Shown: positions 48,047-59,844, counted from the stretch's first letter. The stretch: 64,000 nucleotides of DNA from Leptogorgia sarmentosa (GCA_964658305.1 OZ210885.1:26350001-26414000); one strand, 5' to 3'. Translations and numbers: made by a program. The notes: generated by a model from the letters alone, not told the origin.

Positions 48047-49616
48047 TCGTTTCCGACCCTTTTCTTCACCTCTGCAATGTTGGTCGTGATTATCTGATGC
48101 CATTCCCTTTCAAGTACAATTGAATTAGTGATTTGTAATTCCAGTAGATATTATAGAACTAACCATTTATTAACTGTTTTATACGTAGCTATATTCGACG
48201 AATAATCTTAATTTATATATTTAGCTACTTACGTTTTGCACAAAATTCCCATAGGCAAGGGCAATTTCTGTGAGCTCCGATTTGTTTAAAACTTTTCTTG
48301 AGCCTTGTGTTTCAACATCTCCTATCAAAATTGTATTCAGAGGAAGAAAAGTTTAACAGAAATTAGTGAAGTCAATTGCATTTCCTATTGCGTTGCACAT
48401 AATGACATGTTTCAGGGAAAAAGGTGAGCATGTATATATACGCACTTACCCGACTTTTCGCCTTCGACCATTCAAGCCGATGGCGAGCAAAATGGAATAT
48501 TGGGTGGCCAAAATGAAGGCTTTTCGGCATTTACCCAGAAGTTCTTCATTCGAGCCACACTCCATTTTATTTTCCCAGTTGTTTCTACAAGAAAACAAGC
48601 AGTACATTACAATAATAATGATTATTTAGATTATACAGTTATAAATCTCACTAATATAATATAATAATAATAATAATATTTATATCTATAGACGTTTACC
48701 TTTAAACGCAGTTTTTGGCAGTACCATATTGCGAAATAGATCTCGAAGCTGCTTGCACGTCCAAAGTCCGTTTTCTATTTCTGCTAGTGCTTCAGGATGG
48801 ATCAAATCTATTCGTGGATCTTCTGCTTTAAAGACATCTTGGGTGCTTTCTGTTGTAATAATTAAGACAGACTACCTCAATTTAATCAAAGTTTCCCATG
48901 CAGCTGAATTCTTTTGACGACCGCCTCTATCAGTCTGAGCATCAGGATTTTTAGAATTGAAAACAATGCGTTTATGCATCTAGCTACATGCAATATAGCC
49001 TATCCAGACCTCCATATGGGGGTCGTAAAGTTTTATGAGCAGAAAAGTATTACTTGTTACTCTTGGGGGAGCAAAATTGTCCTCCATATATACTGACAGA
49101 CTGCATCAGTGGCAATTTTCAGGATGTCTTGACGTAATCCCGGTGTTCCTATAATAAATTACTATGGAAATTAAGATATACATAACACCTTAAATTGATG
49201 TATAACATTAATATTGCATGTATGCATGCATGTTTGACAAGGATCACAATCAATGAAATTTAATTGTATAACATAAAAGGAGGGGGTTTTTAGAGCAGCT
49301 TTGAAATACAGAACCTATAAATATCAACGAATTCGTAAGCGATAGAAAGGACATACCCGTTCTGCCAAAGCTTTCTTTCTTCTGTAAGCGTTGAAAGGAT
49401 TTTTCTTGCTGGATGCATCTTTCTTCTGTTTTATATGGAAATACAATATAAATTATGAAATGGACAACAAATTTGTAATCGATGATCTCAAATCCGAAAA
49501 TTTACTAAAATGACAAAAAGTATGATTTCAATAATGCATTATCGTACCGGCCGCCTGCTTTTTTTCACAAACTTCTCCCCTCGTGAGTTCATTTTACGTT
49601 CAGCAGTATTTTCCAT
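48047..49616 (-). pseudogene. Decayed multi-exon gene with an NRF1/Ewg-like motif (tentative)
   Basis: Phase-consistent GT-AG exons 48849-48700, 48584-48450, 48321-48233 and 48106-48047, plus upstream exons from the ATG at 49616; in-frame TGA codons. Confidence 0.6.
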
Positions 49617-50143
49617 GACAAGTCCCAGTAAAATGATAATTAATGCAAGATCCAAAAGATTAAAAGTGCTCCAATACTTGCCGACAAAATCACCTCAAAA
49701 TATTCCCAACACACAGTAACACAACACATCCAATTAGTATCTGCTTCAACAATTCACTTAGACTTATATAGTCTAGTATGCCGCCTCAAGGCGTTCATCG
49801 ATGGACGGAGGAATAGATGCTCGGAAATGAGGCGCCCAATATGTATTTCCATAAATGGGCAAATAATGCTAATTGCAAAGCGTTCCACAAATGCGCAACC
49901 AAATGATACCATCACGGAAACCACAAGCTCTTAAAAACTGACAACCATAAAATTTTAAATGTGACGAGTATTTCATCATGGTTATATATACAGGATTTCT
50001 GTACACTTTGTATCTACAAGTACAGTTTAGATATCACTATATCTATGAGGCCACCTAATGCCATCCCCCTCTGAATATCAAGAAATTCTAATTCTTGTAA
50101 TGATCCAATCACCATCAGGTTGAAAACTATGAAAGATAAAAAA

Positions 50144-50216
50144 CGACCCCGCAAGGATTCGAACCTGGAATCTTCTGATCCGTAGTCAGACACCTTACCC
50201 GTTGAGCCTCGGGGCC
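50144..50216 (-). tRNA. tRNA-Arg(ACG), variant
   Basis: TCTGA-ctACGga-TCAGA; U8 and T-stem changes. Confidence 0.8.
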
Positions 50217-50332
50217 TACGGAACAAAAGACTTCTGGTGCGCATAGTGTGGAGAACCAAACTACATTTCCATTGGAAAAGACGTGCGCCGATGACAAGCT
50301 ACACTAATCGAATTCCCATCGAAACCAGGTCG

Positions 50333-50405
50333 TGGTCCGTGTGAGGATTGAACTCGCGACCTTAGAGTTATTAGCACCACGCTCTGCCTACTGAGCTAAC
50401 GGGCC
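50333..50405 (-). tRNA. tRNA-Ile(AAT), variant
   Basis: Reverse complement GGCCCGTTAGCTCAG..ctAATaa; weak anticodon stem. Confidence 0.8.
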
Positions 50406-50778
50406 AGTGGTGACACTTCGCCCATCTCCCTTAAAGTCTATTATACTTGTTAATGATTGAAAATTTTATCGAACTTGCACCTCATTCAAAAATGTCTGCA
50501 CGAAAGAGGTTATTAAAGACAAAAAATATTAGGAGTTTAAGGACGATCTTCCAGAATTCCAGTCACACACTTTCCTATACTTCGTCTTAACGATATTTGT
50601 TCTCAACCAAACGTAGATTGAGAGAAAAGAGAGAAGATTGCGAAAGCTCAGATGAAAGTAGTACATAAATACCTTGTATTATTATATCCAATGGGAAGAA
50701 GTGAATTAGCTAGCTGGATTAGAAAAATAGCCTGTTTCCAAAATTGTTCTTAGTGTTCAGGATCGACAAACACATCAA

Positions 50779-50863
50779 AGGTCCTGCCAAGACTTGAACT
50801 CAAGACTTGAACTCGGATTCTTGGATTCAGAGACCAAAGTGCCGACCATTACACCAGAGAACC
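50779..50863 (-). pseudogene. tRNA-Gln(CTG) with 13-bp duplication
   Basis: CAAGACTTGAACT repeated twice in the T arm. Confidence 0.8.
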
Positions 50864-50993
50864 AGATTTTATTCACCATTGAAATAAATAGATTAACAAA
50901 AAACTGTCTTGGCTGTTCCGAAGATGCAAACTTCATTTCCCATGTTTGCCATTCAGTGAGGTTTTGAAGATTACACCAAGTACAAAACGAGAA

Positions 50994-51095
50994 GTCAGGT
51001 TGGCTGAGCGGTCGAAGGCGCCAGACTTAAGAACAACTCCACTTAAGGTTTCTGGTCCACATTTGTGGGCGTGGGTTCGAATCCCACACCTGACA
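50994..51095 (+). tRNA. tRNA-Leu(TAA) with 18-nt intron
   Basis: CCAGActTAAg-AACAACTCCACTTAAGGT-tTCTGG. Confidence 0.85.
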
Positions 51096-51170
51096 AGAAT
51101 GTGCTTGATGAATTTATACTTTTTCCTACTTCATGCCGTTTCGGCAAAAAAAGAAATATACAAAAGAAGA

Positions 51171-51233
51171 TGTAATGTATAGCATTGTTGCCTTCAAAGC
51201 AATAGATCCGGGGTTCGACTCCCGGTCAACGCA
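51171..51233 (+). pseudogene. tRNA-Gly(TCC)-derived, 5'-deleted, anticodon TCA
   Basis: GTTGC-ctTCAaa-GCAAT. Confidence 0.8.
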
Positions 51234-51491
51234 GAAGAATTAGTTTTTGTATTTCAGACTTCATTGATATCAATAATAACCTCAAGATTTCTTACAATTC
51301 CCGGCAACATCGTTTGTAGCGTTTGCCGAGTGGTTTAAGGTTCTGGTTACAGGTGCCGGTCATTTCGATGGCGTGTGGTACAACCCCACTTCTGCCATTC
51401 AATTTTCGTTGAAAAATTATTAATGGTAACTATAGCAAATAGGTTGAGGTAGGACAACGGTTTTTTCTTTGCCATGGTGCAGAATAACAGC

Positions 51492-51573
51492 GGTAGTGTG
51501 GCCGAGCGGTCTAAGTCGCTGGTTTGAGGCACTAGTCATTTCGATGGCGTTGGTTCGAATCCCACCACTGCCA
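51492..51573 (+). pseudogene. tRNA-Leu (anticodon GAG), degenerate
   Basis: Paralog of 51658 with stem mismatches. Confidence 0.78.
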
Positions 51574-51657
51574 TTTAATTTTCTTGGGAAAACTATTACT
51601 GAAAATTGGTTGAGGTAAGACGACTGTTTCTTTATTGCCAAGGAAAAAAATTACAGC

Positions 51658-51739
51658 GGTAGTGTGGCCGAGTGGTCTAAGGCGCTGGTTTAAGGCACCA
51701 GTCATTTTGATGGCGTGGGTTCGAATCCCACCACTGCCA
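51658..51739 (+). tRNA. tRNA-Leu(AAG)
   Basis: Intact 82-nt cloverleaf. Confidence 0.92.
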
Positions 51740-51897
51740 AAAAAACAAATTCTGTACCCAATCAGAAAACTCAGATGAAGGTAGTATATAAATACCTTGT
51801 TTTATTATACCCAATGGGTAGAAGTGAATTAGTTAGCTGGATTAGAAAAATAGTTTCCAAAATTGTTCTTTGTGGTCAGGATCGACATAAATATCAA

Positions 51898-51969
51898 AGG
51901 CCCTGACGAGACTTGAACTCGGATTCTTGGAGTCAGAATCCAAAGTGCTGACCATTACACCACAGAACC
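51898..51969 (-). tRNA. tRNA-Gln(CTG), variant
   Basis: TTGGA-ttCTGac-TCCAA; same variant as the inverted copy at 53836. Confidence 0.82.
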
Positions 51970-52098
51970 AGTTTTTATTCACTATTCAAATAAATAGATT
52001 AACAAAAAACTTTCCTGGCTGTTCCCAAGATGCAAACTTCATTTCCCATGATTTGTCCAGGTGAGGTTTTGAAGATTATATCAAGGAGAAAACGTAAA

Positions 52099-52200
52099 GT
52101 CAGGTTGGCCGAGCGGTCGAAGGCGCCAGACTTAAGAACAACTCCGCTTAAAGTTTCTGGTCCACATTTGTGGGCGTGGGTTCGAATTCCTCACCTGACA
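52099..52200 (+). tRNA. tRNA-Leu(TAA) with 18-nt intron, T-stem variant
   Basis: Intron AACAACTCCGCTTAAAGT. Confidence 0.8.
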
Positions 52201-52222
52201 AGAACGTGTTGGATGATTTGGT

Positions 52223-52295
52223 GGCCTCATGGCCTAACGGATATGGCGTCTCACTTCGGATGAGAAGATTCCAGGTTCGAATCCAGGTGGGGTCG
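52223..52295 (+). tRNA. tRNA-Arg(TCG), variant
   Basis: TCTCA-ctTCGga-TGAGA. Confidence 0.82.
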
Positions 52296-52534
52296 CAGTC
52301 TTCTCTCTTTTCTCTCAATCTACGTTTGGATGAGAACAAATATCGTTAAGACGAAGTACAGGAAAGTTTTGTGACTGGAATTCTGGAAGATCGTCCTTAA
52401 ACTCCTTATATTTTTTATCTTCAGTAACCTCCTTCGTACAGACATTTTTGAATGATGTGCAATTTCGATAGTTCAAATTTAAATCCTTTACAAGTATAAT
52501 AGACTTCAATGGAGATGGGCGAAGTATCACAACT

Positions 52535-52607
52535 GGCCCGTTAGCTCAGTATACAGAGCGTGGAGCTAATAACGCTAAGGTCCTGACTTCGATCCTCACA
52601 CGGGCCA
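52535..52607 (+). pseudogene. tRNA-Ile(AAT), degenerate
   Basis: D-loop GG lost; identical copy at 58771-58843. Confidence 0.78.
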
Positions 52608-52733
52608 CGACATGGTTTCCATGGGAATTCGATTAGTGTGCCTTGTCGTTGGCGCTCGAAATAAAGTTTCTTTTTCAGTGGAAATGTAGTTTGGTTCTCC
52701 GCACTGGTCGCACCACTAGGCCTTTCTGCCATA

Positions 52734-52800
52734 GGCACCGTGGCCCAATGGTTAAGCTGTCTGACTACGGATCAGAAGATTCCAGGTTCGAATCCTGGCG
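52734..52800 (+). pseudogene. tRNA-Arg(ACG), 3'-truncated
   Basis: The same truncation occurs at 58970-59036. Confidence 0.78.
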
Positions 52801-52987
52801 TATGTAGACAATTTGTTTTTTTGGCAGTGGTGGGATTGGAATCCTCCCTTTCGAAATGACTGTTGCAAGAAACCAGAACCTTAAACCACTCGGCAAACGT
52901 TAGAAACGATGTTGCCCGAAATTGTAAAAAAATCTTAAGGTTATTATTGATGTCAAAGAAGTCTGAAATCCAAAAAGCTAATACTTC

Positions 52988-53059
52988 TGCGTTGACCGGG
53001 AGTCGAACCCGGATCTATTGCTTGAAAAGCAACAATGCTAGCCATTACACCATCAACGC
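52988..53059 (-). tRNA. tRNA-Gly(TCC) body with anticodon TTC
   Basis: GTTGC-ttTTCaa-GCAAT; the rest matches the family consensus. Confidence 0.8.
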
Positions 53060-53488
53060 TATGTTTATTCCCTCTTCTTTTGTATATTTGTATTCTTTTC
53101 GAAAAGGTATGATGTAGGAAAAAGTACAAATTCATCCAGCACATTCTTGTCACGTGTGGGTTTCAAACCCACGCCCACAAATGTGGACCAGAAACCCTAA
53201 CCGGAGTTGTTCTTCGGAGTTGTTCTTAAGTCTGGCGCCTCAGACCACTCGGCCACACTACCGCTGCTATTCCGCAGGAAATTGTCCTGTAGTTACCAGT
53301 AATAATTTGTGCAAAAAAATTAAATGGCAGAAGTAGGGTTGCAACCCTCGCCATCAGAAAGACTGGTTCCTGAAACCGGCACCTTAAACCACTCGGCAAA
53401 CGCTACAAACGATGTTGCCTGGAATTGTAAAAAATTATGGGCTATTATTGATATCAGTGAAGTCTGAAATACAAAAAGTTAATTCTTC

Positions 53489-53560
53489 TTCGTTGACCGG
53501 GAGTCGAACCTGGATCTATTGCTTGGAAGGCAACAATGCTAGCCATTACAGCATCAACGC
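53489..53560 (-). pseudogene. tRNA-Gly(TCC), degenerate
   Basis: Acceptor, D and T substitutions. Confidence 0.78.
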
Positions 53561-53835
53561 TATGGTAATTCCCTCTTCGTTTGTATGTTTGTATTCTTTT
53601 CGAAACGGTATGATGTAGGAGGAAGTAAAATATCGTCCAGCACATTCTTGTCAAGTGTGGGATTCGAACCCACGCCCACAAATGCGGACCAGAAGACCAT
53701 ACTGACTTAACGTTTTCTCCTTGACTGTATTTTTCAAAATCTCGCCTGGTCAAAACTTGGGAAATGAAGTTTTCATCTTGGGAAAAGCCAAGAGAGTTTT
53801 TTGTTAATCTATTTATTTGAATAGTGAATTAAACC

Positions 53836-53907
53836 GGTTCTGTGGTGTAATGGTCAGCACTTTGGATTCTGACTCCAAGAATCCGAGTTCAAGTCTCGTC
53901 AGGGCCT
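53836..53907 (+). tRNA. tRNA-Gln(CTG), variant
   Basis: Inverted twin of 51898-51969. Confidence 0.82.
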
Positions 53908-54412
53908 TTGATATTTATGTCGATCCTGAACACAAAGAACACTTTTGGAGACCGGCTATTTTTCAAATCCTGCAAACTATTTCACTTCTTCCCATTGGGT
54001 AAAATAAAACAAGGTATTTATGTACAACCTTCATCTGAGTTTCCTGATTGGGTACACAATTCGTTTTTTTTTTGGGAGTGGTGTGATTCGAACCCACGCC
54101 ATCGAAATGACTGGTGCCTGAAAAAAGCGCATTAGACCACACAGCCGCACTACCGCTGTAGTTTCTTATTTTGGCAATGAAGAAACTGTCGTCCTACCTC
54201 AACAAATTTCCGTAGTTAACAGTAATAATTTTTCCAAGAAAATTAAATGGCAGTAATGGGGTTGCAACCCACGCCATCGAAATGACTGGTGCCTGAAAAC
54301 AGCACTTTAAACCACACCGCAAACGCTACAAATGATGTTGCCCGGAATTATAAAATAATCTAGGGTTGTTATTGATATCAATGAAGTCTGAAATACAAAA
54401 AGCTAATTCATC

Positions 54413-54484
54413 TGCGTTGACTGGGAGTCGAACCCGGATCTATTGCTTGGAAGGCAACAATGCTAGCCATTACACCATCAACGC
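54413..54484 (-). tRNA. tRNA-Gly(TCC)
   Basis: GTTGC-ctTCCaa-GCAAT; one T-stem mismatch. Confidence 0.85.
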
Positions 54485-54572
54485 TGTGTTAATTCCCTCT
54501 TCTCTTCTATATTTGTATTCTTTTCGTAACGGTATGATGAAGGAAAAAGTAGAAATTCATCCAGCACATTCT

Positions 54573-54674
54573 TGTCAGGTGTGGGATTCGAACCCACGCC
54601 CACAAATATGGACCAGAAACCCTAACCGGAGTTGTTCTTAAGTCTGGCGCCTTCGACCGCTCGGCCAACCTGAC
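54573..54674 (-). tRNA. tRNA-Leu(TAA) with 18-nt intron
   Basis: Intron AACAACTCCGGTTAGGGT. Confidence 0.83.
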
Positions 54675-55298
54675 TTGATCTTTATGCCCTGGTGTAGTCT
54701 TTAAAACATCACCTGAAGGAACCACTTTGGAAGTGAAATTCGCAACTTTCAAATAGCCACGACATTTTTTTTTATTTATCTATTTGAAAAGATTGCGCAA
54801 AACTGGTTCTGTTGTGTAATGGACAGCACTTTAGGATTTTAATCCAAGAGTCCGAGTTCAAGTCTCGAGAGAAGCTGAGATATTTATGTCAATCCTAGAC
54901 GCAAAGATAATTTTTTTTACTATTTCTATAATGCGCGAAACCAATTAACTTCTTACAATATTGGGAATAATAAAGGTTTTTTACTTGGGAACAGAATTTA
55001 CTATTTCGCAGTTGTGGGTTCCGAACACACGCCATCTAATCACTGACAACTGGAACAAGCGCCATAGGCAACTCCGCCACACTTACGCTGTGATTCCTCT
55101 CGTTTGCAATGAAGAAAACGTCGTATCCATCAAGCAAAAATTCCTGCCGTTATCGGCATAATATTTAGAAGAAAATATTTTGGCATCGGGGAGAATCGAA
55201 CAACGCCATTGAAATGACTGTTGCCTTAAACCTGCGCCTTAGACCACTCGGCCACACTACAGCTATAATTCCTCTCCCTGACAATGAAAAAACCGTCG

Positions 55299-58114
55299 TT
55301 GTTTCTTGCTCAGTGTGGTTTCATAGAATGCTTTGAAGCAATCATCGTTCCTGATCTTCTTCAAGGCCTGCACTGTTAAATTTGCAAGATCTTTTGCGTC
55401 GGTTGCTGACAACGAGATTTTCTGTAATGTCGCTGACAAATTGTCAGTATGCCCAAACACTCGTTGCCCTAAATGCAACCCAAAAAAGAAGTTGAATGTT
55501 TTCATCTGAGCCTGGCATCCTATTATCCGACCACGGACATCTGACTCTAACTGGGATTCTAAGCATTCTACCCAGAGGTTCAAGACAGCTTCGTAATTAT
55601 CTAGAATGCTTTGCAAACAACGTGCACGTACTGTCCACCTGGTGGCACTGAATTTTGCAACTCCAGCTGCAGAACGGCTATCTTCATCCTCCATATTAGC
55701 TTTGATTTCTTTCAGCCAATTTTCGCGTTTGGGGGAATACTTGATGAGCTTTACGACTTCGTTGGCGTTACTCATTGTGTCAGATAGAATCTTGCAGTTT
55801 TTCGTTGTATCTTTTACTCCTAAACTAAGGCAATGTGCGTGACAATGGGTCGGATGGGCCTTTGGCTGGCATTTTAAGATTTGTTGCGCTACACCCGATC
55901 TTTTACCGAGCATGTTACTTGCCCCATCGTAGCACTGTCCCCTACATCGGGACAACGACAGCTGCATTCGTATCAAGACATCCTTTAAGCCTGCTTTCCA
56001 CTAAGCGAATATCTTCGCGCGAACAGAGAAATAAGCAACGTGATTGGCTGGAGACAAACACTGACGTCATCATCACCCAATCAGATTCACTTTTTGCTTG
56101 TTCGCGCGAAGAAAATCGCCAAGTGAAAAACGGGCTTTATAACTGAAGTTATGGTATTAGCTGCAATATTTGGAATATGGTAAAATCCCAAAAAATCCTC
56201 GTGTGCTTCAAGGTTCTGGTCAACCCACCTAAGGCAGATGACCAGCTGTTCATTGTTGGAGATATCTGTGTATTCGTCCGCGATTAGTGAGAAAAAACTA
56301 GTACCGATATCTCGTAATAGCTCGCGTTGCAGCTGATTCGCCATGATAGAGATAACTTCGTTTTGTGCATCGTGACTGAGATACTCATCGTTTTTCTTTT
56401 CTATCCACTCTGGCAATGACGGAACATCCTTGCCTCTTAACTTTAACAGCTGTACAAAGTTCGAAGCAAAATCGGTGTTCCCCTGGATAGCTAATCCTTG
56501 GCGGCAAAGGTATTGCAGGGTTTCCATAACTTTCATCAGACAAAGGCGGTTGGACTGCAAGATCTTCTTTGTTTCAACGTTCAGCATTTCATTAACATTG
56601 CCATAGTTTTTTTGTAAATTAACTTCTAAGTCAAGAGAGATCTTATGACATTCTGACTTTTGGTGGTCTCTGAACCTCTCTGTAGCTTTCTTCCAGTTTG
56701 CAAATCCTTCTGTAAGAAATGAGAACTCTTTCTTGACTGCTGTTTTTAAGTTGCCTTTAGCGTATTGCTTTGAGCAGGTGAAACACAGAACGGAATCACT
56801 TCTTTCATCATAGTGCAGCCAAGGGAATGTTTCAAACCATGTCGATTGAAATGCGCGCTTCTGTAGCCCATATTTTCTTTTGGGAAACAGAATTTTTATT
56901 GGCTGATGAGGTTGGTCAGCATTAGACGCAAGCTGTACAGGTGTCGTCACTGCTGTAGGCACTGTCTCCCCAATAGTAGGTGGTGCTAGAAAATAGTATT
57001 TATTTTGATTCATGTTTCTTACAAATTAAGGAAAACGCTTTCTAATCTAGTGTATTACATGAATTATTAACAATAGTAAAGCCCTTTAAGATATTTTATG
57101 ATGCGTAATGGCAGTAGGCAACTACACCAGTTGATACATTAAGCAAGAAATCAAATACGATAATATAATTCACATATACAGCAAGACAACGGCAGACTGT
57201 CAATGACAACTTCAGGGATTTTCTCTTCACTTGGGTTCAAGACTGATTCTATCAAATAAAGGCAAATAGATAAGCATAGAAATAAATAAATGCATATGAT
57301 GAACAAATTAAAATATTATACCTCCATTATTCCCAGCTGATATAGGCCCTGCAGTTGTTTAAACTTCAGATCTGATACAAAAATTAAAATGCAAAATTTA
57401 ATTCAAATTCTAATCAATATTATTATAATACATATAAATAGAAATGATCATTTATGCTTAAAATTTAAAAGTGCTGTTTCTGTTCCTTTTTTGACCAATC
57501 CTCTCCCCCACGGAAAGCCTCAGCGACTGCCTTATCGACGTCTTGATAATTAAAGCCCTAATACTGGACATTGTCGTGAACCCATGCAGTAGTACTAGCT
57601 AACTGTTGAGCAAAATTTCACTAGTCAGACACTAACTTTTCTCGAGTTTTAATAAGGTTACAAAATTAAAGTTTTTTGCCTCCTACCTTTTATTTGGTTG
57701 AAATAAACATTTTGCTGAGACATCTCAGATTAGGCAGGAACAAAACTTTGAAATTCAAAATACGACTTATACTTGTCAATTGCAGTTATATTCTGGTCGA
57801 GCATACATAAAGCACTGGAGAGATGTGACGATTAATCTGTCCGCCATTTTGAATAATTTTAGTGCCCAGTTCTCGTCGCTACGATGGCATATTTATGCGA
57901 AGCATAGGTTCAAGTTATGCCGCAGATTAATTTGCTGTTGCACGTGAAGCACAAGTTATTTGATTAATATGACTGGCTGAAGTTCATACTTTTATTCCAC
58001 GTTCTGCTTCAGTTTACACGATTTTAAAACTAACGAAAAATTCAAAATTCAAAATGGCGGCAAAATTATTGGGGGGGCTATAGCCCCCCAGCCCCCCCTG
58101 CTCCGCGGTCCCTG
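55299..58114 (-). mobile_element. hAT transposon (ZMYM1-like transposase), 3'-truncated
   Basis: 5' terminus CAGGGACCGCGGAGCAGGGGGGG at 58114; TTF-type zinc finger (WLHY..CFTC..HQKSECH), SLIADEYTD, QCYDGASNM, HCHAH, TRW; C-terminus and second TIR absent. Confidence 0.9.
55988..56136. mobile_element. Harbinger-type MITE (149 bp, TTA TSD) inside the hAT ORF
   Basis: Imperfect TIRs. Removing the element and one TTA restores ..TSVIK-DVLIRMQ.. in frame. Confidence 0.9.
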
Positions 58115-58183
58115 CGTTAGCTCAGTAGGCAGAGCGTGGTGCTAATAACGCTAAGGTCCTGAGTTCAAACCTCACACAGGCAA
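58115..58183 (+). pseudogene. tRNA-Ile(AAT) lacking its first 4 nt
   Basis: Abuts the hAT terminus. Confidence 0.8.
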
Positions 58184-58299
58184 CGACATGCTTTCGATGG
58201 GAATTCGATTAGTGTGGCTTGTCATGGGCTCACGTCTTTTTAATCCGAAATGTAGTTTGGTTCGCCACTCTGTGCCCACCAAAAGGCGTTTGTGCCATA

Positions 58300-58372
58300 G
58301 GGACCGTGGCTCAATGGATAAGTTGTCTGACTACGGATCAGAAGATTCCGGGTTCGAATCCTGGCGGGGTCA
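58300..58372 (+). tRNA. tRNA-Arg(ACG), variant
   Basis: Loop ctACGga; acceptor mismatches. Confidence 0.75.
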
Positions 58373-58463
58373 TTTTTTATCTGTAATAATTTTCAACCGG
58401 GAGGTTATTGGATCGTTACAAGAATTAGAATTTCTTGACATTCATAGGGCGATGGCATTTGGT

Positions 58464-58536
58464 GGCCTTATGGCCAAACAGATAAGGCGTCTCACTTCGG
58501 GTGAGAAGATTCCAGGTTCGGATCTTGGTGGGGTCG
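58464..58536 (+). pseudogene. tRNA-Arg(TCG), degenerate
   Basis: D and T loop substitutions. Confidence 0.75.
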
Positions 58537-58770
58537 CAGCCTTCTCTCTCAATCTGTGTTCTTGGGTAAGGACAAGTATCGTTAAGACGAAGCACAGGAA
58601 AGTTTTGTGACTGGAATTCTGGAGGATCGTCCTTAAACTCCTTATATTTTTTATCTTCAATAACCTCCTTCGTACTGATATTTTTGAATGATGTGCAAGT
58701 TCGATAGTTCAAATTTAAATCCTTAACAAGTATAATAGACTTTAATGGAGATGGGCGAAGTATCACAACT

Positions 58771-58843
58771 GGCCCGTTAGCTCAGTATACAGAGCGTGGA
58801 GCTAATAACGCTAAGGTCCTGACTTCGATCCTCACACGGGCCA
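58771..58843 (+). pseudogene. tRNA-Ile(AAT), degenerate
   Basis: Duplicate of 52535-52607. Confidence 0.78.
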
Positions 58844-59223
58844 CGACATGGTTTCGATGGGAATTCGATTAGTGTGCCTTGTCATTGGCGCACGAAATAA
58901 AGTTTCTTTTTCAGTTGAAATGTAGTTTGGTTCTCCGCACTGGCCGCACCACTAGGCCTTTCTGCCTTAGGCACCGTGGCCCAATGGATAAGCTGTCTGA
59001 CTACGAATCAGAAGATTCCTTGTTCGAATCCTGGCGTATGTAGACAATTTATTTTTTTGGCAGTGGTGGGATTCGAACCCACCCCTTCGAAATGACTGGT
59101 GCATGAAACCAGAACCTTAAACCACTCGGCAAACGTTACAAACGATGTTGCCCGAAATTGTAAAAAAATCTTAAGGTTATTATTGATGTCAAAGAAGTCT
59201 GAAATACAAAAAGCTACTTCTTC

Positions 59224-59295
59224 TGCGTTGACCGGGAGTCGAACCCGGATCTATTGCTTGTAAGGCAACAATGCTAGAAATTACACCATCAACGC
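59224..59295 (-). pseudogene. tRNA-Gly(TCC) body with anticodon TAC, D-loop GG lost
   Basis: GTTGC-ctTACaa-GCAAT. Confidence 0.78.
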
Positions 59296-59383
59296 TGTGT
59301 TTATTCCCTCTTCTTTTGTATATTTGTATTCTTTTGGAAACGGTATGATGTAGGAAAAAGTAAAAATTCATCCAGCAAATTCT

Positions 59384-59502
59384 TGTCAGGAGTGGGATTC
59401 GAACCCACGCATACAAATGTGGACCAGAAACCGTAACCGGAGTTGTTCTTTAGTCAGAGTTGTTCTTAAGTCTGGTGTCTTCGACCGCTCGGCGAACCTG
59501 AC
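59384..59502 (-). pseudogene. tRNA-Leu(TAA) intron family, 17-bp duplication
   Basis: GAGTTGTTCTT(T/A)AGTC duplicated. Confidence 0.78.
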
Positions 59503-59844
59503 TTGACGTTTTGTTCTTGGTGTAATCTTCAAAAAAGCTCGGCTGAAGGAAAAACTTGGGAAATGAAGTTTGCATCTAGGGAACAGCCAAGACAGTTACG
59601 TTAATCCATTTATTTGAATAGTGAATGAATAGCTGGTTCTGTGATGTAATGGTCATGACTTTGGACTTTGAATCCAAGAATACGAGTTCAAGTTTCGATC
59701 CTGAACACAAAGAACAATTTTGGAAACCTGCTATTTTTCTAATCCAGCCAACTAATTAACTTCTTCCCTTTGGGTATCATAAAACAATGTATTTATGTAT
59801 TATCTTCATCTAAGTTTTCTGATTAGGTTCACAATTTGTTTTTT

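Noticed and set aside
51171..51233. tRNA-Sec or functional opal suppressor
   Set aside because: It has a Gly body with no long variable arm, and the 5' acceptor strand and A box are deleted.
59058..59139. tRNA-Met (CAT anticodon)
   Set aside because: It is a degenerate, chimeric Leu-CAG pseudogene with a point change.
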